DNA from: Octopus vulgaris | Taxonomy: Eukaryota | Direction: 5' to 3' | NCBI GenBank assembly: GCA_951406725.2 | Contig: OX597828.1 | Location: 40,300,001 to 40,364,000, forward strand | Length of the DNA stretch: 64,000 nucleotides | In this document: positions 36,690-49,927 of the stretch, piece by piece | Position numbering within the stretch: position 1 is the stretch's first letter | Layout of the letters: each line of letters begins with the position of its first letter | The notes under the pieces: generated by a model | What the model was told of the DNA's origin: nothing | Seen by the model: only the letters and a program-made list of their open reading frames with translations | Database searches by the model: none | Position numbers and translations under genes: made by a program

Positions 36690-37004
36690 CTAATATAAGA
36701 GTGCATTGAACACCAAGTCTTACCACAAAATCAACACACACACACACACACACACGTCTTTCATACGTCATTGTATGATGAACCCTGACACATCATCAGT
36801 AATGTTTGCTGGGGTTATTGGGTGTTTTTGGTGACACCCTCGCCCAAGTGACTCAGCCAAGGTGAATCAAGTCCCAACTTGTGTCCAGTTGGCATCCCCC
36901 ACTTCCAAGGTCCATACCTCCTGATCTACAGTAGCAGGCAAACCCCTGCTACTGCCATTAGCCAACTACACATTCACACACCCATATATATACATGTATA
37001 TATG

Positions 37005-37172
37005 CGGCCAGGCTGGAGCACCACCTTAAAGGGTTTTTTAGTCAAAGAAATCGACCCCAGGACTTATTCTTTGTAAGCCTTGTACTTTTACAAGGATGTA
37101 AACAAACCAACATCAGTTGTTAAGCAATGGTGGGGAACACACACACACACACACACATCTACATGTATATAA

Positions 37173-37244
<72 letters not shown>

Positions 37245-37404
37245 GACAGGCTTCTTTTAATTTCCATCTACCAAATCCACTCTCAAGGCTTTGATCAGCC
37301 TGAGGTTATAGTAGAATACACCCACCCAAGGTGCTACGCAGTGGGACTGAACCCAGAAACATGTGGTTGGGAAGCAAGCTTCTTACCAACAGCCATGCCT
37401 GCGT
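37005..37404 (-). mobile_element. SINE family A with expanded internal (CA)n(TA)n
   Basis: Head and tail motifs in reverse orientation. Confidence 0.85.
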
Positions 37405-37405
37405 C

Positions 37406-37465
<60 letters not shown>

Positions 37466-37469
37466 TACA

Positions 37470-37838
37470 TCTCTCTCTATATAAACGGAAGTTTGTCTGT
37501 GCGTGTTTCTGTGTGTCTGTTTGCTTGTACCCTCACCCTGACCACGCCTTTCAACCGATTCTGATGAAACTTGACACACACACATAGCCCAATGTCATAA
37601 CTCAAAACTAACGCAGCGAAAATTTTGAAAAGTTCCCCAGTTCTGAAAAAAATCGATAAATTCGACATGGGGTCGAGAATTAGAAACACAAACCGCAAAC
37701 TGTCTAGGGGACGCAACTCCACCTTTTTTAACTAAAAAAAAAATTTACCATCATTTTTTCCCATCTTTTTGCTATTTTTTGGCTATAACTCTCTAAAAAT
37801 GCTTTATAGTTATTTCCCTTACAAACCTGAGCAACGCT
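37470..37838 (+). mobile_element. Non-autonomous Helitron (3' end clipped)
   Basis: A|TCTCTCTCTATATAAA start; end aaacctgagcaacg shared with 16749-17150. Confidence 0.7.
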
Positions 37839-38276
37839 ATGTATATAAAAGAAAACAAAAAAATCATGAGTTACTATCCAGATGAAAAACAAAAATTAAG
37901 TCAGTTTTAACATTCTGAATATAGGGGAGCATCGAATATCATTGTTTATTGTTCTTTTTCGATGCTGGCATGGGTTGGACTGCTTGACAGGGGATGACCA
38001 ACTGGAGAGCTGTTCAGGCTCCAACTGTCTGTTCTGGTATGACCTCTTTGGCTGGATGCCCTAGGCTTCTTTCAGTTTCTATCAACTAAATTCACTGAGA
38101 AGGCTTTGTTTGACCTGGGGTAATAAGCAGAAGGCACTTGCCCAAGGTGTCATGCAGTGGGACTGAACATGGACCCACATGGTGAGGAAGCAAACTTCTT
38201 AACCGAACAGACATGCCTTATATTGTTTTTGCCTCATCACGTAATTATTTCAAGTTAATTTTTTAACACTTCCTAT

Positions 38277-38655
38277 CTCTTTTACTTGTCTCAGACATTT
38301 GACTGTGGCCATGCTGGAGCACCGCCTTTAGTCGTGCAAATTGACCCCAGGACTTATTCTTTGTAAGCCTAGTACTTATTCTATCACTCTCTTTTGCCAA
38401 ACTGCTAAGTTACGGGGATGATATACACACACCAGCATCGGTTGTCAAGGGACAAACACAGACACACAAACATATACACACACACACACACATGATGGGC
38501 TTCTTTCAGTTTCTGTCTACCAAATCCACTCACAAGGCTTTGGTCGGCCCGAGGTTATAGTAGAAGGCACTTGCCCAAGGTGCCATGCAGTGGGACCGAA
38601 CCCTGAACCATGTGGTTGGTAAGCAAGCTACTTACCACACAGCCACTCCTATGCC
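38277..38655 (-). mobile_element. SINE family A, near full length
   Basis: High similarity to 43694-44068. Confidence 0.9.
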
Positions 38656-40798
38656 TATATTAAATATGCGAATGCTAATCATAAATAATAAACCAAATTG
38701 AATCTAAATAGGCTTATCTGCCTCTCTCTCTTCTTCCATCCCTTCCAAACATGCACACACACACACACACACACACGCATGTACACGTGCATCATTTATC
38801 GCACAATAAATTATTCTGGCTGTTCCAGAACAAAATCTGATAAACTTTTAAAGAAGAAATGTTTTCATGATTCATGAATCAGTTAATTACTCGATGTGCA
38901 GAAACTGCTACTGTCATTGGACAAGATGACGTGGAACAGCATGAAACATGACCAAATAAGGTCAAAGCTTAAGCTGACTAAGATGTGAGGAAATGTCAGA
39001 GTGTCACAGTACTCTCTCTCTCTCCTTTGTGTGTGTATACACACACCTTTACTTGATTCAAGTCATTGCACTGCAGCTATGCTGGAGCACCTTCTAATAG
39101 GGTCAGTCAAACAAATTGATCGCAATACTTATTCTACGGGTCTCTTTACGGATAGTTTACTACCAGGTTACAGGGACGTAAACAAACTAACACCAGCTCT
39201 GAAGTAGTGGTGATGATGGTTGTGGGACAAACATTAACACAAAAACATAGAGACAAAACATATACACACATACATACATACCTACATACATACCTACATA
39301 CATACACACAAACACACATTTATACATGCCAAGCTTCCACACAGTTTCCATATACCACATTCACTCAGAAAGCATTGGTCAGCCTGAGACTGTTGTAGAC
39401 AACATGCCCAAGGTGCTATGCAGTGGGACTGAACCTGAAACCATGTGGTTCTTAACCACACAGCCATGCCTATGTTTAATATGAAATTTCTGTTCCTTCT
39501 AAAATGGAAACAATCAAACAATGAGAATAATTTCTTCTTAGACAGGGATAGAAAGCTTAAGATTTCTTTTAAGATGTGACATTCTTGCTTTCCCCCAAAA
39601 ATGTAAGAAATACCAACAATCATAATAGGAACAAACAATGACAACATCAACACAAATTTAAATAAATAGCCAATTTTTCAATAATACAACGTCAAATGTT
39701 GGTGGTTAAATATGATGTCCATGTTTAAGAATGCAAACAAAACCAAGGCAGGCAACTGCGTAAAGGATAAGGCAAGAATGTAGTTGTTGCTGAGACAAAG
39801 GGTGTCTTTCACAATGGTCAAAGAACGGAGACTAATGACAATGGAGATACGACAATGAAATGAAAAACAACAAAAACAACAACAACAGGGAATAAGTTCA
39901 TGAAGAAAAGGAAAATGACAAAAGAAAATGGTTAAGAAATAAATAAACTGGCAGTGACAATGATGAAACAAGGATTGAAATACTTTGCGACACAGAGTAA
40001 ATGTATGTATGTATATATATACATATATAAATATATATATATATACATACACACACACACACACACACATATATATGTATATATCCATATACTAATATGA
40101 ATATACACACACATGCATATATATATATATGCATGTGTGTACATATATATATATATATATACATATATATGGTGTTGAAGAGGTCAAAATCTGTGTCTGG
40201 CAGACAATAAAAAATATCTTACTTTGTTGTCCTTTGAGAAGGGTTGAAATCTGGTTGATTCCTCTTCCTGAAATATAAGGTAGACCACCCAATATTGCAG
40301 ACATAGGGTCTCAAATATGCATTTGAAATAATATCAAATATTAAGTGAGAACACTTTTAGCATGGTTTCTTTGAAATCCACTTTCTTAACATCTGCCCCC
40401 CCCTCCCATCACTATTACAAGAACAACCATTGCTTCTAAACAACAACAACAACAACAGCAATAACTTAATATGTTAAAGGAAATATCAAACAATAATAAT
40501 AATAAAACAAAGATGTTTCCATGAGAACAAGTTAGAAAAACAATTTCAAATTTATCGTCTTTGTAACAGTTTTTTGTTTGTTTTTACCATAAGACACATA
40601 CACACACACACACACACACTCACATTTAGAATCTTTAAACAAGGGAATTTGAGAATTTTTTTTTTAAATCAGACATTTAAAAATGTCTGTTTTAATAATA
40701 TTTAGGAAGCAAAATAAAATTTTATATATTTTCTTCAAATGAATTTAATTCTGAACTCATATAATGAAATTTAGTGTCAGACAAGATTCTTCTGCCAG

Positions 40799-40841
<43 letters not shown>

Positions 40842-40923
40842 GAGTGGGTAGAGGGAAGCATATACAATAATTCATCATAGGTTTACATGTAAGAAATTAT
40901 ATTTGGGACACACACATATACTT

Positions 40924-40991
<68 letters not shown>

Positions 40992-42948
40992 CATACATAT
41001 GCACGCACACACACACACATATGCAAAAAGAGGGAGTGAGAGAGAATGGGGAAGGAAAGAGAGGAAACAATAAATCAAATAAAGAAAACGCTATTTGGCA
41101 TGAAGTGAAATGAATATTAAAAAATACAATATATTTAATCATCTCTGTAAACTAATCAGATTAAGCAAATTTCAAGTTGTTACAATAAAAAATTAAAATT
41201 AAAATTAAATCAATTAAAAGGGAAATTTAACATCACAAACTCAATATTTTTTATCTGTAAATAACATTTGTATTGTTGAGCCATTTTGGAGCTTTGGAAG
41301 CTAACTACATGGTTAGGGCCACCAGAGAACAAAACTGCCAAATCACTGTTGCCTTTTAACCATTTTAACTATTATTTTTGTTATTTTTTGGTGTCATTTC
41401 TTTGAAACAAAGATTCTAACTGTTTTTAAGAGATAGGGTTCACAGAGAAAATATTTCACATTTTGATGTCCCTATCCAATGATAACTGTTCTTATCTCAT
41501 GTGTATGGTGTGTGAGTGTGTGTTTGTGTGTGTGGTGGGAGAGTGAGTAATGACAGCCAAATGCTGAAGTATGTTTCTTTAAAGTATTGTTTGATATTTA
41601 TTTTACTTCATGCAACCTACTAGCAGATTGTACTTTATGGACCTAGTAGCAGATTTTTCCAATTACATATCTGAGATTGTGCAAGAGAGAATCAGGGACA
41701 AATGGGTGGTTACATTTAAGGCTTCTAAGGTCAACCTAATATCTTTCCTGAAATTATCCTTATTTTGATTGATAGGACTTTTTTTAAAGCATTTCCTTGT
41801 CTGGATAGGATTTTAATTAACACCTTATTTGCAATAAGTCTTCTACATTACAACTGCTGCCAGGTTGGCAGCTAGAATCGTATGTTCAGTGTACTATTCA
41901 GAAAAATTCCTAACACTTGAAACCCTATTGTATCCCTACAAGTTCTGTGCCCGGTTTTGTCCCCAAATGTATTATTGCTCATTATTTGCATTGGTTATGG
42001 AAAATATGTTCTGTCCACTTTTTGGTAGAATGCATTATCTGGCTGATGATGAGAGCATTACATCATTCCAATCACACTATCATCAGCAAGGTGTTTTTAC
42101 CCTTATGTTTTGTACAACTATTTCTATGAAATGTGTTCCATTCCTTGGTTCATGTGTCCAAGAATTTTCCATCAGATGTAGGTTTACCTAATTTAGCAAA
42201 TCATGACTACTTCCTAAATATCTCACAGACACAATCTAAGTTTCTTGCACAAAGCTTTATTCCCCCACCCACACCAAAACAGCAGAATTTCAAAAAAAAA
42301 AACCCACAGTCCCCGACCCTCTCTCCTTTCATGGTTTTCCATGCACAAAATGACTTCAAGCTCTTTAAATTCAGGTTAGCAGTACCTTGCTTCATATTGG
42401 TGCTTTTATTTGAAAATTTTTATCAGTTCTCTTACCACCATCTCATTTTATTTATTTCTTTAGTTTCATCTTCCCTATTTTTTATTGCAACCAATTCTTT
42501 TTATCATCATCTCTTACGTATCCCAAAGTAATTGCCGACCTAACTAAAAAGAAACAATCTAACAGGAAATTTAAATCTGCCTACTGATTCAGTGTATCCT
42601 GATTATAATGGAAATAAGTACAATATATACAGAGATATATATATATGTTGTAAAGTGGGTTCCTCCCACTAGTGTGATGTGTGACTGCCGTTGTACAGTA
42701 GTTGCTGTTTTATGCTAGTAGACACAATAGTTACTAGTTATTGGATACTGTTGTATCTCTTTGTACTGGAATGGTAATACACTAACTGCTTCTGTCTCAC
42801 TATCGCTGATAGCTCCACAAGACAGTGACTACAACTGTCAACTCTTTGACTCTCAACCCTCTCTTGACGACTGACTACTGGCCTATTCATAATGGTTGGT
42901 TCCTACCACTTTTTACCAGGAGGGGGTATACAGTTTCACTATACACCA

Positions 42949-42988
<40 letters not shown>

Positions 42989-43693
42989 CCACCATGTGAT
43001 CAACCAGACTATTGTATGTTGTTACACATCACTGGTCACAATGCACTTTGCATTGTTTCAGCTTTCAAATGATGCCACCCTGCTGGCTAGGTGAGTAGGC
43101 CAACAATCCCCCTGATCAGAAGGCTATTCCACTGCAGGGTTGCCCAGTTACAGCTGAATGGACTGGAGCAATGCAAAATGAAGAGTTTTGCTCAAGAACA
43201 CAATGCATCACTCAGTTTGGGAATTGAACTGACAATGTAGCAATTATGAGTACAACAACCTAACCACTAGGCCATGCATTTTTCATATATGTCAATTCAA
43301 TTCAATTCAATTTTTATTGGCTCAAAAAGCAAAAGCAAGGCCATGTAGGGGGACAGGGAGTTATGTACAGGGAAGGTGGTCATACAAAGAGTTCAGGCCA
43401 TTTCTGGTCAAGAGAGACTTTGAACCATGTATGTATACATAGTTATGTAACCAACATAAAATGATAGGTTAATTCACACTACACTTCCAACTTTTCATCT
43501 CACCATCTTTCAAACCAGCCACTAAGTAATTCATACCTCACACTATCTCTCTTACACTCATCTCTCTTACACTCGTCTCTCTTTTGGCCTTCGTCCCTCA
43601 CAACTAACACACTTTACTCTCTACATTTTCATTCACTCCCTCAATATACTGTTTTATTATAATGGAGCTATGCAGGATATATCAGGATATATA

Positions 43694-44068
43694 GGCGCAG
43701 GAGTGGCTGTGTGGTAAGTAGCTTGTCTACCAACCATATGGTTCCAGGTTCAGTCCCACTGCATGGCACCTTGGGCAAGTGTCTTCTACTATAGCCTCGG
43801 GCCGACCAAAGCCTTGTGAGTGGATTTGGTAGACGGAAACTGAAAGAAGCCCATCGTATATATGTATGTATATATATATATATATGCGTGTGTGTGTTTG
43901 TGTGTCTCTGTTTGTCCCCGTTACTTAGCGGTTCGGCAAAAGAGACCGATAGAATAAGTACTGGGCTTACAAAAGAATAAGTCCCGGAGTCGAGTTGCTC
44001 GATTAAAGGCGGTGCTCCAGCATGGCCACAGTCAAATGACTGAAACAAGTAAAAGAGTAAAGAGAGAG
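43694..44068 (+). mobile_element. SINE family A, near full length
   Basis: Intact tRNA-like head and tail. Confidence 0.9.
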
Positions 44069-44649
44069 TCATCCTTTTACATCTGTTTTCCATGCTAGCA
44101 TGGGTTGGACAATTCGACTGGATCTGATGAGCCACAGGGCTGCCTCATGCTCCAGGTCAGCTTTGGCATCGTTTCAATGGCTGGATGCACTTCCTAAACT
44201 GCAACCACATTACAGCATGAATTGGAGACCCTTTTGTGTCACTGGCATTAGTGGAGTTGCCTCCACCACATACACATACACTCACACACACAGTGGAAAT
44301 TCTTTATTAAGTTAAATTTATTGAAAGACTTATATTTCTATAGATTTATGTTATCAGTAAATATACTTGAAGATGAACTACGTTGTTCAAAGAACACGTG
44401 TGACCAGTTTAGACACTCAGGAGTAGATATTACTATATTTATAATTAATATTTTAATGAATTCCTCAGTACATAACATTTATTATTGATTTTAGAATTTT
44501 TCAGTGAGATAGACTTTAATATTTTTATGGTTTAGTGAAAAGAAAGGGTAGCACCCATATTTTGTATGAACTCTGAAACTGGTGAGAGGAAAATAGAAAG
44601 TGAAAAACCTGATCCAAATCTAACAGCTTAGACTCTGTTACAAACACTT

Positions 44650-45238
44650 AAGGGATAAGTGGAGGTACTCAGGGGATAGATAGATGGAGGTACTCAAACG
44701 GTAGGTGGAGGTACTCAAGAGATTGATGGAGGCACTCAAAGGGTAAGCAGAGACACTCAAAGGATAAGTGGAGGTACTCAAGGGATAGATGCAGGTACTC
44801 AAACAGTAGGTGGAAGTACTCAAGGGATTGATGGAGGCACTCAAAGGCTAAGCGGAGGCACTAAAAGGATAAGTGGAGGTGCTCAAGAGATCGACGGAAG
44901 CCCTCAAACGGTAAGTAGAGGTGCTCAAAGGATTGATGGAGGCCCTCAAAGGGTAAGTGGAGGTGCTCAAGGGATCGATGGAGGTGCTCAAGGGATCGAT
45001 GGAGGCCCTCAAAGGGTAAGTGGAGGTGCTCAAGGGATCGATGGAGGCCCTCAAAGGGTAAGTGGAGGTGCTCAAGGGATCGATGGAGGCCCTCAAAGGG
45101 TAAGTGGAGGTGCTCAAGGGATTGATGGAGGCCCTCAAAGGGTAAGTGGAGGTGCTCAAGGGATTGATAGAGGCCCTCAAAGGGTAAGTGGAGGTGCTCA
45201 AAGGATTGATGGAGGCCCTCAAAGGGTAAGTGGAGGTA
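44650..45238. repeat. Minisatellite with a 42-bp higher-order unit of two 21-bp monomers
   Basis: aaagggtaagtggaggtgctc + aagggatcgatggaggccctc; homogeneous at 44940-45238, degenerate to the left. Confidence 0.95.
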
Positions 45239-46977
45239 TAAAACCAGATGTTAGATCAAGTCTATTTTGAAGGTGTATGGCCAAGTGGTTAGAGCATTTG
45301 GTTCGCCATCAAACTGCTGTGGGTTCATTTCCTGGGCCAATTGGCACATTGCATTGTCAAGTCAAGGCACTTCATTTCATGATGCTCCATCTGCTCAGCT
45401 GAGTGCTGGTGCTGCTGAATGCAACACAGAGTCACAAACTAGAAAAGTTGAGAGAATATCTATGTCTACTCATGACTACAAAGGCACCTAGAGCAATTAG
45501 CAAAAGCATCATTCATGCTACTAAGTCATATCAATTATTAATTCATGGGTGACAGCTCGCTCATCATTTTAGATTAGATCTACAAACCAAAGTACATGAA
45601 TCTTAAGTATAACAGACCATGGTGTTTTTGTCATAACTGATGCCTAATTTAAACACAGACAGTGGATTGAGAGGGTGCAAAAGCAAGAAGCAAGTACAAA
45701 GCTGAACTCCACGACTCTAGCACAACTAGAAAATGTGGGTCTAAGTCCTCTCTAACATTCAGTGATATTTTTTTTCTTTTCAATTTATATTCTGTCCATC
45801 TAATAAACAAAAAAAAAATTCATCTTAGAAGGCTTAAAAATTAAAATATAAACAAGGGATAAAGAAAATAAATCCTAAAAAATAAAAGCTACAGATATGT
45901 CTTACTAATAAGGGTATACATGTGGAATGTAAAAGAAAAAAAACAGGTGATTTTACTGTGAGGTTGCAGTTGCTGGGTTAATGTCTACAATGCCAAGAAT
46001 TCATACCATGCCATACAGCACACATCCTTTTAACTAGCACCACAAGACTGGTTTAATAATAAATGTAGAGTAAATTGAATTTAGGCTAAAAATGATGAGA
46101 ATAGGCAAAACTGTTTTTAAGATCTAAAGCTAAAAAGTGTTAACACTAATCTACTAATCAATATTTAGAGCTATTATAATGACTATATGGAATAAGATTT
46201 AAGCTATGGTGCTGCACTCTCCAACATTCGATAATGGTGTGGTTTGGGTAAATATCTGCCCAACAAATATTTGACACCAGAGCAGTTAAGAATAGAAAGA
46301 ATAAACATCACCACCTCAAAACATTGGCCTAAACTTCACAGGTGCCCTTATCCAGCCGTACACTTATGTAGCAGTAAAACAGTTGAGTGCATGAAGTATA
46401 GAGGGATATAAAGTGATTCAGTGAAGATATATTAGGGTGATAATTGACAATGGTTTTCCTTTATCATTACCAATAGCTGTGTGATGAAGAACTGATTCAA
46501 AATCCTGCTACGATTTGGGCATGGGTCTTCTTATATAACTTTGCATTAACCCAAGCCATGTGAGTGAAATTTTGGAAGTGGAAATTGTGCAGAAGCCCAT
46601 TGAATGGACAAAACCTGCTCTAGACTTAATATATCATCCAAAAGAAAACCATCTATTTAAGCTCTGGGTAGTTTTGGAGGAGCCTACACTGTTGAAAACA
46701 TTTCAACCAGGTCCCTAGTTTGCAGATAACTCAAGTTCATTAGGTCTTTTTCTCCCTTTCCCCACCAATCTATAAACCACTAACCCTTAAAAAAGTTTAT
46801 GGGCACTACTCTTCCCTCTTCTGAGTCATTAAAAAAAGTTGAGAACATAGATTTATTTAAGATATACAACACAAGTAGTCTTAATGATACTTCATTTCTC
46901 ATAAAACCCATCAGATTTTCTCATTTGGAAATTCAGGTATCCCTTGTTAATTCTTACTACTGTGATTTTATTATAGA

Positions 46978-47010
<33 letters not shown>

Positions 47011-47950
47011 ACACACACACATACACACACACACTATCAGCTATAGCTATTTGTAGTTATTTCTATGATCTACTAGTCTAATCTGTTCAATAAAGTACCA
47101 ACTAGTTTTATTGGTTTATATAATGTCAGCTACATTAATCTCTATTTCTCCATCTATAATCTAACTTACACCAAAAGATGATATAAATAAAAGTCATGCT
47201 ATAAGATTAGTATACAACATACAATTGGTATTTGTTGTTACTTCTCTACACAAGTATGTCATCTCTTTTCACTCCATTAAAACTATAGTTCATTGATTAT
47301 CTCAGAAGATACAATTAAAATAAACAGAACCATTCATTAAGTATCTGTATGTATTTATTGCTTTACTAATTGTAACCAGCAGTATTTATTAACAGGAGAT
47401 TAGTTCTCTTGACTTCAAGAGGAATACTAAATGAGATTTTTGCATCTTTCATGCCTTAACAGGTTGTAGACTTACATATATTCTATAATGCTTTCAATCC
47501 TTTAAAAGTATATAAATGGAATAATCTACTCATATAATAAGCAGAATCTCCATCTTTCTCTCTGTTTGTCCATCCCTTTGACATGTGCAGCAAATGCAAA
47601 ATAACTGCCATGTTATTTGGCTATTTCCATATTTCATAGAAATCTGATAGGATGCTTATTTCACTAAGTTATGATAATTCCACTTTATCAATATTTTGTA
47701 CAGACACAAAATGGTTGTTTAGTTAACCAGCGACAAAGAAATGTACATAGTTTAACTGCCCGTGTATAAATTTTGTGTGTGTAAGAGCATATACATATGT
47801 ACATACATATATATTAATCAAAGTGTACAGCATTATATATTCATTACGGCCAAATCTTATCAATTGGTTTTGCACAAGGGGCTCAACAAAATGTTAGCAG
47901 CCTGCTTATATAACCCTGTGATTTTCAGAGTTAGTTGGCAATATATATAT

Positions 47951-48011
<61 letters not shown>

Positions 48012-49739
48012 AACACATACATGCATTGCATATAAACTGTTTATTAAATAATAAAGATGAACCTGCATTTTATCCAATTAATCTGTTTCAATACAAGTTT
48101 GCTACAGGTAATTAATTTCAAGGCTGAATATTTATCATACACTGGTATGATACACTGGTATCATACCAGTATGCCATAAATAGCAGCAGCATCAGAAGAA
48201 ATAATAACATCTACTTGTTTATACAGGCAGTCTGCACATCGAGACTACAAGGTAGAAAGTAGGCTGAAGATTTGATATATCTTATATATCTCACCTCATA
48301 AAATTACTAAGTGGAAACAATGTTCAATGCCTTTCACTAAGTAAGGATGGACTGGGAGAAGTTTAGGTGAAACTTTCAATACCTAGTTTTAAAAGATACT
48401 TGGCTCTTTGGTTTCTAGGTACAACATATTTTCCAAAGAGCTCTCAAATTTTAGTTACTGTGAATTCCTTTCCCAGGAATCTTTCCAAATCATTCTGAAT
48501 ACATTAATTTTCTTTATACATGCACATAATTAAATGTCATTCATATTGTTACTTAAACATGTGTAAGGTGCAGATGTGCATCAGTGTGCAACAGAAAGTG
48601 CTAGATAGTGTAGAAAATATATATATATAAAGGGAAACTGAATTTTAAAAATGTTAATAAATCAAATATACATGCTGATGTGTGTAGAATATGTGAAATA
48701 TAAACATCCAGAGGTGGGTAGTTTTTACAAAAGTAAATTAAACAAGAGACAGACACAGTAAAGATATGTAGAGATTATCACACATAGTCAAGGTATTGTT
48801 GGAATAGAGAAGGGTTTTGGTAGATAACAATATAGACAAGACAAGTAATAGGTAGGACAACTCTATGCAGAATAGCTAAAGATAGGGTATAGGGTACAAA
48901 CAATCATGATGGGTATGAATAGGATAGGTAGGGGATACAGTATGGGACAAGGTACAAGGATAAAGCAAATGAGTGTAAATAGGGAGTATATTATCCAAGC
49001 GGATATATCGAGCTTGGGTGGGGAGAGACGAAAAGAGAGAGATTACAAAACAGATTAAATGCAGTCAAAGTAAATTGAGAAATAATTATTTTAAGAATAA
49101 CATTAAATTTTAGATTAAAAGTTATTCAGTTAAAAATTCAAATTTAAGGAAGAAAAAGAAAAACAAGACAAACAAAAAACACAAGAGACGTATACTTCAA
49201 GTATTTCAGCTAATGTCTAAAGAACAGTATGAAATCTTTGTTACAAATCAAACATGCTTCAATTTACATGTCAAACATATAAATCATGGTCATTTAATGC
49301 TGAAACAGAACTCATTACTGAAAAAAGGTTACCATAGTTATTATTACAAATTCTATCAAAGAATTCCAATATGGATATTCAAACCCATTACACCTCCTCT
49401 AAGTTCAATACACTTAAGACCACCTCTAAGTTCACCACACAAAACTTCCTATTTTAAAGTATACATATTTAAAGTAAACCTCCTGTCAAAAGTTTGCATA
49501 AGAACCTTTTGTTTAGTTGTTTCAAACATAAAATTGATAAACCAGTAATGTTGATATTATAATAAACCACTCCAAATTTTCACTATTTTCGAAATTAATT
49601 GAGACACACAAGATACTTTGTTACTTGTATAACAAGTGTTAAAAAGCTAGTTCTTCTACTGTTGCTATTTTATACATTAACTCCCAATATTGAGTACCAT
49701 CTCCTTACATTTGTATAATCAAGGGCATACATAAGCATA

Positions 49740-49927
49740 CAGTAATCCCTCACCATATCGCATTTTATTATTTAAGCTTACATCGATTCCTCTGTGGTGC
49801 TGCTTTGCATTTATAATATGATATATACATTAAAGAAAAAATATACAGTACTCTTTCTACTTCATGGATTTTCACCTATCACAGAGGGTTTTGAAATGTA
49901 ACACCCGCGATAGTTGAGGGATTGCTA
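49740..49927. mobile_element. Tigger-like MITE
   Basis: TA flanks; terminal repeats cagtaatccctca / tgagggattgcta. Confidence 0.75.

Noticed and set aside
42520-42545. Strong acceptor (ttgtttctttttag) and donor (gtaaga) bounding 26 or 22 nt
   Set aside because: Neither length preserves frame or matches a downstream phase; likely a pseudo-exon.
43668-44135. ORFs of 110-166 aa overlapping SINEs (also 10347-10814, 21721-22221, 32442-32771)
   Set aside because: Chance frames through SINE consensus and dinucleotide repeats.
44848-45222. 124-aa repetitive ORF (RASINPLSTSTYPL)n
   Set aside because: Explained by a 42-bp tandem unit without stops in that frame; no convincing splice sites or homology.
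46007-46033. 27-nt open phase-1 segment VKRMCAVWH
   Set aside because: Both splice sites are weak; not distinguishable from background.
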